From positions 7,533 through 71,532 of the forward strand of contig CANJRM010000004.1 of assembly GCA_947476645.1 (NCBI GenBank): a stretch of 64,000 bases of DNA. Reading direction: 5' to 3'. This document shows positions 29,087 to 40,013 of the stretch, piece after piece. The notes below the pieces were generated by a model. The model made no database searches. It saw nothing but the letters and a program-made list of their open reading frames with translations, and was not told the origin of the DNA. Positions within the stretch are counted from its first letter, which is position 1. Each line of letters begins with the position of its first letter. The position numbers and the translations under genes are program-made. The DNA comes from Bacteroidota bacterium. Its GTDB lineage: Bacteria; Bacteroidota; Bacteroidia; Chitinophagales; LD1.

Positions 29087-32000
29087 CTACTTCAACAACG
29101 TCAGCGTTCCTTTATAAATCTTTTCGCTGTGGTTATCTATAAATCCTGCGTGCAAAGTATAAACCAAAACAGTTGGTTCCAGCATTTTGCCTTTGTAGGT
29201 TCCGTCCCATTTAAAGTGGAGGTCGTTGCTTTCAAAAACCTTTTCACCCCAGCGGTCGTAGATTTCAACTTCAATAAATTTTAATGCCGGCATGTTCCCG
29301 AATATCTGAAAGAAGTCGTTGTTGCCGTCACCGTTAGGTGTAAACACATTCGGAATAAAGATATCGTAGTTCGGTATTACAGTAACGGGCACATTCATTT
29401 CCGCGTAACAATCGTTGCCGTTAATAGTGGCGGTAACTTCCAATCTATAATGAACGCTGTAATTAGATTCCACCACAGGATTCGGACAAGTGTAGCAACT
29501 CAAACCAAAGTTCGGAGTCCACAAATAAGTAGTTGAAGGGTCGTAATTAGAACTCGCATTCAATTGAATACTTGCTCCAAGATTTATCACCACCGAATCG
29601 GGATTCAAATTAATTACTACAGCCTGCGGCTCAGTAACAACAGCAGTAGAAGAATCGGCACAACCGTTGGCATCGGTAACGGTGTAATCATAAGTTCCTG
29701 CAATAAGCGCAGTGAACAATCCATTTGTGTTTGACGATTGATTATTCAGATTGAAAGCATAAGCAGGAGTTCCTCCATTTGCAGTAATTAAAATTTCTCC
29801 ATTGGCTTCACCAAAACAATGAACGTTGCTTACAGAATCTGAAAGAAGGAGAGGAGTGGGTTCGTTAATGGTGAGAGAAGAACTTGCTGTGCATCCGAAA
29901 GCATCGGTGGTATTCACGGTATAATTTCCGGCTACGAGCGAAGTGAAATTTCCCGAAGCATTATTCGCAATTACACTTCCACCAAAAAGCAAATCATAGT
30001 TGTAAGGTAACACACCACCGCTTGCTGAAGAAAGAATACCTGCTGTGTTTCCTCCATTACAAAGTTCGTCCGTATTACTGCTGTTTAATGTCAACTGAAT
30101 TACTTTAAGGTTTGTAGTAACCACACTATCGCAACCAAATTGATTGATGAGAGTAACCGGATAAATTCCTGTTATGCTCACACTACTTCCATCAGGAAGA
30201 ATAAAAGATGAACCATTGCAAATAGTATCAAGAACCGTTACCGCAGAACTTGGTTTAATAAACAAATGCGTAATCACCACGCTGTCGCATCCTGCAATGG
30301 TGTTGAGAGTGTCGGTATAATTTCCAGCAGTGCTTACAATTATTCCGCCAGGCAGCGTATAGGTTTGATTCGAGCAAATGGAATCAAACACATCGGTCAC
30401 GGGAGGAGGAGTTACAAAAAGGTTGGTGGTAATTACACTGTCGCAACCAAAAGTAGTAGCAAGTGAATCAACATAAACGCCTGTGCTGTTTACCACAGTT
30501 CCTAATGGCAACGTGTAACTCGTGCCTTGGCAAATGGTATCAAAAACAGAAACTGCATAAGAAGGATGAACCGTGAGGTTGGTGATGATTACACTATCGC
30601 AACCAAACCCGTCAAACAATAATGAAGTATCAATTACAGAAATAATTGAAGTAACACCACTAGGAAAAGTATAAGTAGTTCCCTGACAAATAGCTTTGTC
30701 AATATTTGTTTGGGAAGGATTGTGAACAGTGATGGTTATCGTATCACGCACATCGCACAAACCAATAAATGAAATATCATCAATGGCAAAATCATTTCCT
30801 CCGCTGGTAGTATTTTGATTGATGATGCAAATGTTTGCAGTCGTGTTAACTCCTGAATTCCACAGTGCATAAAACTGTTGCCAGGTGCAAACCGTTCCTG
30901 GTGCATTGAAAGGAACACTCAGCAGCACTCCGTTTATTTCAAATTGCAGAATAGCAGGACTACCTGCACTTACACTGGTTACCCAAGCGCCAAAAGCATA
31001 ATTTGTATTAGGTACAACGTTGATGGTCTCACACCACACATTTGTGTTGGGAGTTCCTGCACCGTTTACAATCATTAGATTTCCCGTTCCGCTGGTATGG
31101 TCAACACAGGCAGAAAAACCAGGGTGATACGTATTCGGATTAGCACCTACATAATAAGTTGCTGCGGGTGTAAGGTCACTTTGGTAAGCATATGCACTGC
31201 TGAATCCTGCGTTGCCACCTTCAAAATCTCCGTTGCCAATTAAATCGCCACTGGCTACTTGCGTAGTAACAATATAATTTCTTGTTTGTGTTGGTGTAGC
31301 TACAGGATTCGAAATGTTCGGGTCGCTCAAATCCGTTGTTGGTGTCCATGCATACGATAGCAGACCACCACTTGCATTCAGTTGCACCGCTGAACCTAAA
31401 CAAACTTGTGTATCGTTTGAAACGATAATCGAAGGAGGAACAACTGTCAAATTGGTAGTGATGATGCTATCGCATCCGTTAACGGTAGAAAGTGTGTCAA
31501 CATAAATTCCTGTTGTATTCACAATCGTTCCGCTTGGCAAAATGTATAAATCACTCGGGCAAATAGTTTGTGTTACGCTATAAGCAAAAGTCGGATTGAC
31601 TGTAAGATTGGTGGTGATAACACTGTCGCAACCATTCACTGTGGGCAAAGTATCTACGTAAATTCCTGCGGTGTTTGTTGCTGTTCCATCGGGCAAAGTG
31701 TAATTCTGATTTTGGCAGATGGTAGCATTTACCGAATTGCTGTAAGTCGGATAAACAGTAATGGTTACAGAATCGATTCCCGTGCAAAGCGGTGCAAATA
31801 ATATATCGTCTAACGCAAAATCATTTGCACTTGCAATGGTGTTTTGATTCACAATGCAAATGGTTGCAGTAGTGTTGGCTACTGAATTCCACGTAGTATA
31901 AAACTGCTGCCAGTTGCAGGTGCCATTAGTTGCTGTGAACACAGAGCCAAGCAAACTTCCATTGATGGAGAATTGAAGTTGTGCAGGATTGCCTGCAGTT

Positions 32001-33832
32001 AAAGTCATTAACCAGGTCGAAAAAGCATACGTAGTATTCGGCAACACATTTACAGTTTGGCAATAGATGGAAACGTTCGCTGTAGTTGCTCCATTTACGC
32101 AAAGCATACTTCCACTTCCCGTAGTATGGTCTCCGCACGATGCCATTCCACCGTTCCATGCTGCTGCATTCGAGCCAACATAATATTGTCCTTCGGTAGT
32201 GTTGTTGGTTGTGTAAACATAGTTGGAAGAAAAACCTGTATTGCCAGCTGCAAAATTTCCGTTGGAAATCAGATTTCCAATAGGCGCTTGCGATGAAACT
32301 GTGTAAGTGGTAGTAGTTGTTGGAGACGCAATTGGATTGGCAATGTTAGGGTCATTCAAATTAGTTGTTGGTGTCCAGGTATAAATTAAAGCACCTGTTG
32401 CATTCAGTTGAGTAGATTGTCCGTTGCATATAGCTGTATCGTTTCCTGCATCAATGCTGAAAGATGCAATGGAAAGATTTGTAGTAATAATGCTATCGCA
32501 TCCGCTTACGGCAACAAGTGTATCAATATAAATTCCCGCAGTTGATACAATACTTCCATCGGGCAAGGTGTAAGTTGAATTGGGGCAGATGGAAACACTC
32601 ACATTAACAGCAACAGGATTCGACAACGAAAGAATCATCGTATCTCTTGCGCTGCAACCGCCAGCAGAAACTTTCACCCAATATGTTCCTGAACTGTTTG
32701 CTGAAATAGTATTTGAAGTTGCAGCTGTGCTCCACAGATAAGTTGCACCGGCTGTTGTTGCATCCAATGTAATCGGCTGCCCGTTGCAAACGGTGGTATC
32801 ATTCCCAAGATTTACAGTTAAACTTCCACTGTTGAAAGTAACCTTGATAGTATCATGAGAAAAGTAACAACCGCCAGCATTTACACTAACGTAATAAATT
32901 CCGGTGGTGGTTACATTCAGTGTTTGATTAGTAGAGCCATCCTGCCAAAGAAAAGTAGCGCCTGCATTTTGTGCATCAAGTGTAAGGGTTTGCCCCGTGC
33001 AAAGCGTAGTGTCGCTTCCTAAATTTACAACAGCACCTCCGTTTGGTGTTCCTGAAAAAATAGAATAGCTCGTCCATTTGCGCGCAGGACCAGCATCGTA
33101 AAGCCAAACTAAATTATTGGCGTATGAAAAACGGAAACTGTTATTGGTAACCGCAGCAGCAGGCAAAGCAGACATTCCACTATACGCTCCTGTTGCTTTG
33201 TTGAAGAGCAGAATATTTTTGGCTACATAATCTTCTATACCAATTTCATTTCCCGCGCAACCGGTATAAACCACACTTGTTGTGTTCCAATTGCCTACAG
33301 GCACAGGGCAACCTGTCAAATTGTAATTGCCAAGCAACGCTCCATTAGTTCGTGCGTAGCGATAAATTTTTCCATTGAAATAGTAAACGATTTCATCTGC
33401 CTGGCAATCATAATCACCACACGATTGCGCATCAGGTTGATTTTGCCCTGTGTAAATATTTGTTCCTGTGTTCAGTGCGTAGCCGGTGCCATTTAAATTT
33501 GAAGTCCACAATCCTAAGTTGAAGTAGCCATTTCCTTCCACTTCATTGGTATTTGGATTCCACCACAAACCACGAAAATCAAAACCTGCATTCGTTTGAA
33601 ACAAAGAAACGCCCGAGGCATCAAAGGTTTCATAGGGAAAACCCGGATTACCTGCAATGGCAGCGTAATAAATATTCAGATTAGGATTGTATGCCACACC
33701 CGATGCGTTTGTTCCGCCACCTTGCACATACGTGTATGAAATTCCTTGCACGGCATTAGGCAGAATAGTGCATTGCGAAAACGCAAAGCGAAAGAGTGAT
33801 AAAGTAAAAGCGAGCGCGTAAAGTTTCTTCAT
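29087..33832 (-). CDS. Large T9SS type B (gliding-motility-associated CTD) surface protein
   Basis: Signal peptide; repeated ICxxxxYTLPxG...GCDSxITTNL modules, two NGxF...NDFAxDDI domains, SprB-like repeats; CTD IPNVFTPNGDGNND...IYDRWGE. Confidence 0.9.
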   Translation of the reverse strand: MKKLYALAFTLSLFRFAFSQCTILPNAVQGISYTYVQGGGTNASGVAYNPNLNIYYAAIAGNPGFPYETFDASGVSLFQTNAGFDFRGLWWNPNTNEVEGNGYFNLGLWTSNLNGTGYALNTGTNIYTGQNQPDAQSCGDYDCQADEIVYYFNGKIYRYARTNGALLGNYNLTGCPVPVGNWNTTSVVYTGCAGNEIGIEDYVAKNILLFNKATGAYSGMSALPAAAVTNNSFRFSYANNLVWLYDAGPARKWTSYSIFSGTPNGGAVVNLGSDTTLCTGQTLTLDAQNAGATFLWQDGSTNQTLNVTTTGIYYVSVNAGGCYFSHDTIKVTFNSGSLTVNLGNDTTVCNGQPITLDATTAGATYLWSTAATSNTISANSSGTYWVKVSAGGCSARDTMILSLSNPVAVNVSVSICPNSTYTLPDGSIVSTAGIYIDTLVAVSGCDSIITTNLSIASFSIDAGNDTAICNGQSTQLNATGALIYTWTPTTNLNDPNIANPIASPTTTTTYTVSSQAPIGNLISNGNFAAGNTGFSSNYVYTTNNTTEGQYYVGSNAAAWNGGMASCGDHTTGSGSMLCVNGATTANVSIYCQTVNVLPNTTYAFSTWLMTLTAGNPAQLQFSINGSLLGSVFTATNGTCNWQQFYTTWNSVANTTATICIVNQNTIASANDFALDDILFAPLCTGIDSVTITVYPTYSNSVNATICQNQNYTLPDGTATNTAGIYVDTLPTVNGCDSVITTNLTVNPTFAYSVTQTICPSDLYILPSGTIVNTTGIYVDTLSTVNGCDSIITTNLTVVPPSIIVSNDTQVCLGSAVQLNASGGLLSYAWTPTTDLSDPNISNPVATPTQTRNYIVTTQVASGDLIGNGDFEGGNAGFSSAYAYQSDLTPAATYYVGANPNTYHPGFSACVDHTSGTGNLMIVNGAGTPNTNVWCETINVVPNTNYAFGAWVTSVSAGSPAILQFEINGVLLSVPFNAPGTVCTWQQFYALWNSGVNTTANICIINQNTTSGGNDFAIDDISFIGLCDVRDTITITVHNPSQTNIDKAICQGTTYTFPSGVTSIISVIDTSLLFDGFGCDSVIITNLTVHPSYAVSVFDTICQGTSYTLPLGTVVNSTGVYVDSLATTFGCDSVITTNLFVTPPPVTDVFDSICSNQTYTLPGGIIVSTAGNYTDTLNTIAGCDSVVITHLFIKPSSAVTVLDTICNGSSFILPDGSSVSITGIYPVTLINQFGCDSVVTTNLKVIQLTLNSSNTDELCNGGNTAGILSSASGGVLPYNYDLLFGGSVIANNASGNFTSLVAGNYTVNTTDAFGCTASSSLTINEPTPLLLSDSVSNVHCFGEANGEILITANGGTPAYAFNLNNQSSNTNGLFTALIAGTYDYTVTDANGCADSSTAVVTEPQAVVINLNPDSVVINLGASIQLNASSNYDPSTTYLWTPNFGLSCYTCPNPVVESNYSVHYRLEVTATINGNDCYAEMNVPVTVIPNYDIFIPNVFTPNGDGNNDFFQIFGNMPALKFIEVEIYDRWGEKVFESNDLHFKWDGTYKGKMLEPTVLVYTLHAGFIDNHSEKIYKGTLTLLK

Positions 33833-33932
33833 GTGTCAGGAAAATCGGTTTAAAGATACAGTTTCGTTGTAATTGGTTGTATGAAATTCTGCATACTTTC
33901 ATCTGCGTGCAATTATTTTACTTTCGCGCCCT

Positions 33933-34583
33933 ATGGAATTTATAAAACTCGCGCTCGATTTTTTTCTGCATTTAGATAAACATCTGGCAGACCTTCTTAC
34001 CCAATACGGAACACTCACTTACGGAATTTTGTTTCTCATCATTTTTGTGGAAACAGGCTTGATTGTAATGCCGCTTCTGCCTGGCGATTCATTGCTATTT
34101 GCTGCCGGAGCATTAGCAGCTGCTACAGGAAAATTAGAGTTAGTGGTTATCATTCCTTTGCTTATTACAGCCGCTTTGCTTGGAGATAATGTCAATTATT
34201 TTGTAGGGAAGTTTTTCAGCAAACAAATAAAAGCGCGCGACCGCATTTTATTTTTCAAACGCGAATACATTACCGAAACTGAAGCCTTCTATGACAAGCA
34301 CGGTGGCAAAACAGTGATTATGGCGCGCTTCATTCCTATTGTAAGAACCATTGCTCCGTTTGTAGCTGGTGCAGGAAGCATGAGCTATTCTCGTTACATT
34401 TTGTTTTGTGTTAGCGGTGCTGTGCTTTGGGTAGCGGGCATTACTTCGCTGGGTTATTTATTTGGGAACTATGAACCGGTGAAAAAGAATTTCGAATTCG
34501 TTTTGCTTGGAATCATTTTTGTTTCGGTTTTGCCAATTGTATGGCAGATGATAAAAGTGAAGTTCCTGACTAAAGAATCATGA
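33933..34583 (+). CDS. dedA: DedA family (VTT domain) membrane protein
   Basis: IIFVETGL...LPGDSLLFAAG, GDNVNY, ARFIPIVRT. Confidence 0.93.
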   Translation: MEFIKLALDFFLHLDKHLADLLTQYGTLTYGILFLIIFVETGLIVMPLLPGDSLLFAAGALAAATGKLELVVIIPLLITAALLGDNVNYFVGKFFSKQIKARDRILFFKREYITETEAFYDKHGGKTVIMARFIPIVRTIAPFVAGAGSMSYSRYILFCVSGAVLWVAGITSLGYLFGNYEPVKKNFEFVLLGIIFVSVLPIVWQMIKVKFLTKES

Positions 34584-35311
34584 AAAAATTTGGATTGATA
34601 GGATTTCCTCTCTCTCATTCCTTCTCCAAAAAATATTTTGAAGAAAAATTTCAACGTGAAAATATTTTTGATTGCAGTTACGATTTGTTCGAACTGAAAA
34701 CAATTGAAGAACTTCCTGTTCTTCTTAAATCGAATCCTGACCTCATTGGTTTAAACGTTACTATTCCTTATAAAGAATCGGTGATGAAGTATTTAGATGT
34801 TCTTTCCGATGAAGCAAAAGAAATTGGTGCGGTGAACTGTATCAAAATCGAAAACGGGAAACTGAAAGGATATAATACCGACACATTTGGTTTTGAGATT
34901 TCGCTACAAAAATTTCTAACTATAATTCCTGATAAAACTTTTGTTCTTGGTTCAGGAGGTTCATCAAAAGCTGTTTGTTATGTTTTGAAGAAACTGAATT
35001 TGCCTTTTACTAAAGTGTCCCGCGAAAAGAAAGATGATTGTAGTTCATACGAAGAAATTTTTTCGTTAATGAAAGAGAGCAACCTCTTCATCAACACTAC
35101 TCCACTTGGCATGTTTCCCAATGAAAATGACTGCCCAAACATTCCTTACGATAAGTTAAGCACTCACGATTTTCTCTTTGACCTTATCTATAATCCTGCC
35201 GAAACTTTATTTTTAAAGAAAGGCAAAGCAATAGGAGCTAAGACTCAAAACGGTTTGGAGATGCTGCAATTGCAAGCAGAGAAGAGTTGGGAAATTTGGA
35301 ACAGCAAATAA
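34580..35311 (+). CDS. aroE: Shikimate dehydrogenase
   Basis: GFPLSHSFS, GLNVTIPYK, IGAVN, GYNTD, INTTPLGM, DLIYNP, NGLEML. Confidence 0.95.
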   Translation: MKKFGLIGFPLSHSFSKKYFEEKFQRENIFDCSYDLFELKTIEELPVLLKSNPDLIGLNVTIPYKESVMKYLDVLSDEAKEIGAVNCIKIENGKLKGYNTDTFGFEISLQKFLTIIPDKTFVLGSGGSSKAVCYVLKKLNLPFTKVSREKKDDCSSYEEIFSLMKESNLFINTTPLGMFPNENDCPNIPYDKLSTHDFLFDLIYNPAETLFLKKGKAIGAKTQNGLEMLQLQAEKSWEIWNSK

Positions 35312-35322
35312 ATTAAGAGCAT

Positions 35323-35356
35323 AAAAAAACCCGAGTCGAGCGACTCGGGAATTTTT
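35323..35356. terminator. Bidirectional terminator between aroE and ftsZ
   Basis: A7-CCCGAGTCG-AG-CGACTCGGG-AATTTTT. Confidence 0.85.
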
Positions 35357-35386
35357 GGACACACTAACTAAAGGAGAGACTCTTTA

Positions 35387-36991
35387 TCAATCTACATTAT
35401 CATGCAGATAGGAATTGTTCTTTTTTATTTCCGGACGGTCAAAAGCATCGGTGCTTACACTATAGCGAGAAGCATCTGTCTGTGATGAAAAATCATTTTG
35501 TCCACCAACTTCAACGCCTTTTCTTTTATAAGCCGGTTCATTTTCTAATTCATTTACATTCTGCTTGCTTCCAAAACGAAAACTCAAACCAGCTAATACT
35601 TTTTTTCTATCTTCTAAAACCTGATTTCTATCGTGTTCTGTTGTAACAGTAGGCGTAGTTTCGTAAGTGGTTTTTGTATAAATCACAAAGTCATCTTCTT
35701 GTTTCTGTAAAACAGGTGTTACTTCTGTTGATTCGATTTCAGTTTCAGCAACAACTTCGGGCAGTAACTGCTCTTCGCGGCTTACTTCAAATTCAACACT
35801 AACTTCTTCTTTTGTAGTTTCTTCAAATGAAGGAGCAAACAAATCGTAATGTTCTTCTTCTGTTACAAGCGTATTTGTTACTGGTTCTTCAACTGTTGGT
35901 TGTTGAATATTTACAACAGGTTCATTGGTAATTAAAGGAAAAGTAGCCGTTGATGTTTCTTCTTGTTTGTCGTTCAACTCATAAACCTTCACCACTTTTT
36001 GCTCAATGAAACCACCAGGTTTTTTAGCTACTTCAAAACCTGTAGCAATTACAGTAACCGAAAGTTTATCACCTAAAGAAGGGTCATCGCAAGCTCCTAA
36101 AATAATATCGGTGCTTCCTGCTGCTTCCTGAACAAATTCCATGATAGCTCCGATTTCATCCATCGTAACTTGTTGGCTGCCTGTAGTAATGTTCACCAAT
36201 ACTTTTTTCGCCCCATGAATCTCTGTATCATTTAATAAAGGAGAACTCAATGCTCCACGAACAGCAAGCATTGCTCTGTCATCACCTTCAGCAGTAGCGC
36301 AACCCATAATAGCCGAACCACCATTCTTCATTACTGTTTGCACATCGGCAAAGTCAACGTTTATTTCTCCCGGCACAGTAATGATTTCTGAAATTGCTTT
36401 TGCAGCAGTAGTCAAAATGTTATTAGCATGGCCAAACGCTTCACTACGTTTCAAGTTGCCATACATGCCACGAATTTTGTCGTTGTTGATGATAAGAAGC
36501 GTGTCAACATTCTCACGTAATCTTTCAATTCCTTCGAGTGCGTGGTTATAACGGTTCTTACCTTCAAACCAAAACGGAGTAGTAACGATTCCTACAGTAA
36601 GCACTCCCATTTCGCGGGCAATGCGCGCTACCACTGGCGCAGCACCTGTTCCAGTTCCACCACCCATACCGGCAGTAATGAAAACCATTTTGGTATTCTT
36701 CGAAAGCAAATCTTTTATAGCGTCAATAGATTCTTCAGCAGCAATTTCACCTACTTTAGGTTGAGCACCTGCTCCAAGTCCTTGCGTAGAATTAGGTCCT
36801 AATTGAATTTTGTTTGGAATCAGACTCATATCTAATGCCTGAGCATCGGTATTCAGCACTACGAAGTTCACACCTACAATACCTTGGTCATACATATGAT
36901 TAACGGCATTGCTTCCGCCTCCGCCCACTCCGAATACTTTAATAATAGATGCTTGGTCTTTTGGTAGGTCGAATTGAAAAAGTGGTTCCAT
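35387..36991 (-). CDS. ftsZ: Cell division protein FtsZ
   Basis: GVGGGGSNAV, GMGGGTGTG, INVDFADV, Bacteroidota C-terminus EPAYKRK...NSYLHDNVD. Confidence 0.99.
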   Translation of the reverse strand: MEPLFQFDLPKDQASIIKVFGVGGGGSNAVNHMYDQGIVGVNFVVLNTDAQALDMSLIPNKIQLGPNSTQGLGAGAQPKVGEIAAEESIDAIKDLLSKNTKMVFITAGMGGGTGTGAAPVVARIAREMGVLTVGIVTTPFWFEGKNRYNHALEGIERLRENVDTLLIINNDKIRGMYGNLKRSEAFGHANNILTTAAKAISEIITVPGEINVDFADVQTVMKNGGSAIMGCATAEGDDRAMLAVRGALSSPLLNDTEIHGAKKVLVNITTGSQQVTMDEIGAIMEFVQEAAGSTDIILGACDDPSLGDKLSVTVIATGFEVAKKPGGFIEQKVVKVYELNDKQEETSTATFPLITNEPVVNIQQPTVEEPVTNTLVTEEEHYDLFAPSFEETTKEEVSVEFEVSREEQLLPEVVAETEIESTEVTPVLQKQEDDFVIYTKTTYETTPTVTTEHDRNQVLEDRKKVLAGLSFRFGSKQNVNELENEPAYKRKGVEVGGQNDFSSQTDASRYSVSTDAFDRPEIKKNNSYLHDNVD

Positions 36992-37178
36992 GTTGTTTGC
37001 TTTTGGTTCAGTATGTTTTAAGTAACAAAACCGAACGTGAATAATGTGTGTGCGTTTATTCGCGACACGAACATGCATGCTGCGCGCTTAAAGCGGAAAT
37101 ATTTTCGCCTTCAATTATCTACTGCAAAATGTGTTGTGTAAAAAAAAAGATACAGGAGGCTGTTTGCCTGAGAAGACT

Positions 37179-37202
37179 TGTCCCCCTGAGCTTGTCGAAG
37201 TG
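37179..37202. repeat. Single arm of REP family CTGAGCTTGTCGAAG
   Basis: TGTCCCCCTGAGCTTGTCGAAG matches the arms at 48501-48560. Confidence 0.75.
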
Positions 37203-40013
37203 TTACCTCATGCAGATTCCCGCGAACTCACAAAACTTACAACGTTCAATGCCTTCAGTTTTTGCAAACTGAATTGTGGTATCAGTAAGTTCGCTTAAAA
37301 TCTCTTTCAGTTTCTCTTCGAAAAGTAGTATGGTTGATTCATTGAGCAAATCATTCGTTTTATCGGTGCGAAGCGTTTCTATTTTTTTGTCATCACTCTT
37401 CAGCCAGTAAATTCCTGAACGAATAGCAAAATCGGTTTGTTGCTTCTGTTTATAATAAAGCCAGGCATAAACCAACAACTGAACAGGCTTGGAATGTTTA
37501 GGGTCAGTAATGAGTTCCGTCCACATCTCTTCATCAAGCACAGGAATTTTCTTGGTGCGGTTCGATGTTTTATAATCGGCAATTTGAAATACTCCGCCTA
37601 CCTTTTCAATTCTATCAATCTTGCCGCTTACCAAAATTTCTTTTCCGTTGATGGTAATAGGTGCTTGTAATTTTTCTTCGAGCATTACAATTTCAGTTTG
37701 CACTCCTACATCATTCAGTTGAAGAAGATTGGTTTGTTCGAACTTCAAAAAGTCTTCGGTCAGTTTAACGCAAACTTTAAACAGCAATAAATTTTTACCT
37801 CTGCTCAGGGATTCGTTATCGAAGCGTGTCTGCAAATACTCTTTTACCAAACTTTCAATCTGCGAACGGTCTTTCACATACGTTTCAATAAACTTTGCTC
37901 CAATCGTTGCGCCTTTCTTCTGTTCATAAATTTTTTCTAAAGCATGATGCACAGCCGAACCTATAGTAGAAGCATCGAGGCTTTCTTCCATATCGTCCTG
38001 CTCGCGAATGCCAGCTATGTAGCGGAAGTAATATTGTAGCGAACAATTGATATAAGTGTTCAGCGCAGAAGGTGACATACCCGACTCAGTAAGCAACTTC
38101 ATCAACTTCTTCATCACTTCCTCATTCTTTTGAATGTTGATGGCTTGTTCACCTGTGGTATCTGGCGGGTCAACCGCAAAAATTAAATCTTCGATTTTTG
38201 TTTTTTCTGAAATGAGTTCACGTTGCAGCTGAAGAATGAAACGGCTTTTTTCTCCGCCACCTAATTCATCGGGTTCGGTATTATACAGCAGAAAAACATT
38301 TTCTGCTTTTTGAAACAAGCGGTAAAAAAGATAAGCAGTGTTCGCATCGCGCTCTTTGTGTGTGGTCAAAAACTCTCTGCGCAATTCGTAAGGAATATAG
38401 GTGTTCGTGTTTTTGCCGGAAGGCAGAATGCCTTCATTGGCAGAAAGAATAATTACGTTTTTAAAATCAAGCCCACGCGTTTCCTGCAAACCCATTATCT
38501 GCAAACCCTGCACAGGGTCACCTTCCAACGGCACGCGCTCCGAACGGAAATTCTCGCGCAACATGGCTATGAAAGTTTTAACGCTCACTTCATTTCCCTG
38601 CGAAAAAATAGTTTGAGAAGAAGTAAGAATATTGAGAATGCGGAAAGTGATTTCAACTTCAGAAGCAAGCGAGGCATTTCCTTTTTTTGCTTTCGCAATC
38701 AACTGTTGCAATAGCGTATTGATGTTTGAAGAAAGAAACTGAGCATATTGATTCGCTTCGTTACCATGGAAGAAAACAGAATCAATCTCATTGCACAATG
38801 CTTTTAAAACTTCTTCTCTTCTTATCAGAATACGATTCTGGGATTTCATCTCCTCCACAAATCCTTCAACTTTTCTTTTGTTGAAAATTAAAGCAAAGAA
38901 GTTGTGGTGCAACAATTCGAAAATATCTTTATAGTAGAATCGTTGAGTGCCGTCTTTTGATTGGTAGCGTTGCGTACTCTCATACAAGCGAAAAATTATT
39001 TCGAACCACGAAGCGGCATTGCTTCCCGCAATGCTTAATCCCATCGTAATGTTTAAGGTGTCAATATTTGACGGCAAGTGAGCGATGAGCGGAGAAAGTA
39101 ATTTCTCATCAGGAACGACAATAACTGTGTCGAGCGATGAATCGGAATTCAATTGTAATTTATTTTGCAAAATATCAGCCATTACTTTTAGCTGACCAAT
39201 ATTTTTTGCCGCGCCAATGATTTGAATTTTCTTTTCGCGAGTTGCTATTTCATTTACTAAATCCGTTTCCGGAATTCTGAACTTAGATTTGTGCTTGCGA
39301 AAAAACATGCCAGCTTCCTGCAACTCATCGTTCACATAATACTTATCGGCATCCCATAAAATTTCAGTTTGAGTTTTCTGTGTCAGATAAGCTATGGTCA
39401 CTTCATCGGTTTTGTTCAAACCGCTAAACCCGATAAAGTAAACATGTGAATTATTGACAGCCACTTCGGAAATGTTTTCCGCAGTGTGTCGAAGAATCAT
39501 TCCGCGATAGCCTTTCTTTTCGCTCAATAACTTTTCGCGGAGAGCGTGATACAACAAGCCAAAGTCTTCCCAAAACTTTCGATACTTGATTTGATACTCC
39601 GTTAACTCTTCTCCGGGAACAAAAGTGTTCATGCTTTGCAGCATCTCTAAATTTTTGAAGAAGAGTTTCGAATCGCACATCTGTACATCTAGTTCGTCAA
39701 AATCGTTGAGCATAATGTTGGCTATACCTATAAATTCATCGAGCGTTAAACTGCCGCCAATTTCCTGGTGACATTTATAAAGCAAAGTGATGAGTTCAAT
39801 ATTGTCAGCTAACACGAGTTTACTTTTGTTTAGTAACCAGTTTTGAAGGGTTGAAATCTCGGGAGTGATAATGGCGCACTCCGCCAATTGCTGCAAAGCA
39901 TTTTTGAAATAGGTGCACGAACGTTGGTTGGGCATAAGCACCAACATATTGCGCAGGTTGTTGCCATGAGCAAGTAGAATTTTTTCAGCAGCTTGTTGTA
40001 TGAAGGTTTTCAT
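37203..40013 (-). CDS. PD-(D/E)XK nuclease, AddB-like
   Basis: PNQRS, GLQIMGLQETRGLDF, SPSALNTYINC, GKIDRIE, ADYKT, CKFCEFAGIC Fe-S motif; ATGA overlap with upstream helicase. Confidence 0.88.
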   Translation of the reverse strand: MKTFIQQAAEKILLAHGNNLRNMLVLMPNQRSCTYFKNALQQLAECAIITPEISTLQNWLLNKSKLVLADNIELITLLYKCHQEIGGSLTLDEFIGIANIMLNDFDELDVQMCDSKLFFKNLEMLQSMNTFVPGEELTEYQIKYRKFWEDFGLLYHALREKLLSEKKGYRGMILRHTAENISEVAVNNSHVYFIGFSGLNKTDEVTIAYLTQKTQTEILWDADKYYVNDELQEAGMFFRKHKSKFRIPETDLVNEIATREKKIQIIGAAKNIGQLKVMADILQNKLQLNSDSSLDTVIVVPDEKLLSPLIAHLPSNIDTLNITMGLSIAGSNAASWFEIIFRLYESTQRYQSKDGTQRFYYKDIFELLHHNFFALIFNKRKVEGFVEEMKSQNRILIRREEVLKALCNEIDSVFFHGNEANQYAQFLSSNINTLLQQLIAKAKKGNASLASEVEITFRILNILTSSQTIFSQGNEVSVKTFIAMLRENFRSERVPLEGDPVQGLQIMGLQETRGLDFKNVIILSANEGILPSGKNTNTYIPYELRREFLTTHKERDANTAYLFYRLFQKAENVFLLYNTEPDELGGGEKSRFILQLQRELISEKTKIEDLIFAVDPPDTTGEQAINIQKNEEVMKKLMKLLTESGMSPSALNTYINCSLQYYFRYIAGIREQDDMEESLDASTIGSAVHHALEKIYEQKKGATIGAKFIETYVKDRSQIESLVKEYLQTRFDNESLSRGKNLLLFKVCVKLTEDFLKFEQTNLLQLNDVGVQTEIVMLEEKLQAPITINGKEILVSGKIDRIEKVGGVFQIADYKTSNRTKKIPVLDEEMWTELITDPKHSKPVQLLVYAWLYYKQKQQTDFAIRSGIYWLKSDDKKIETLRTDKTNDLLNESTILLFEEKLKEILSELTDTTIQFAKTEGIERCKFCEFAGICMR

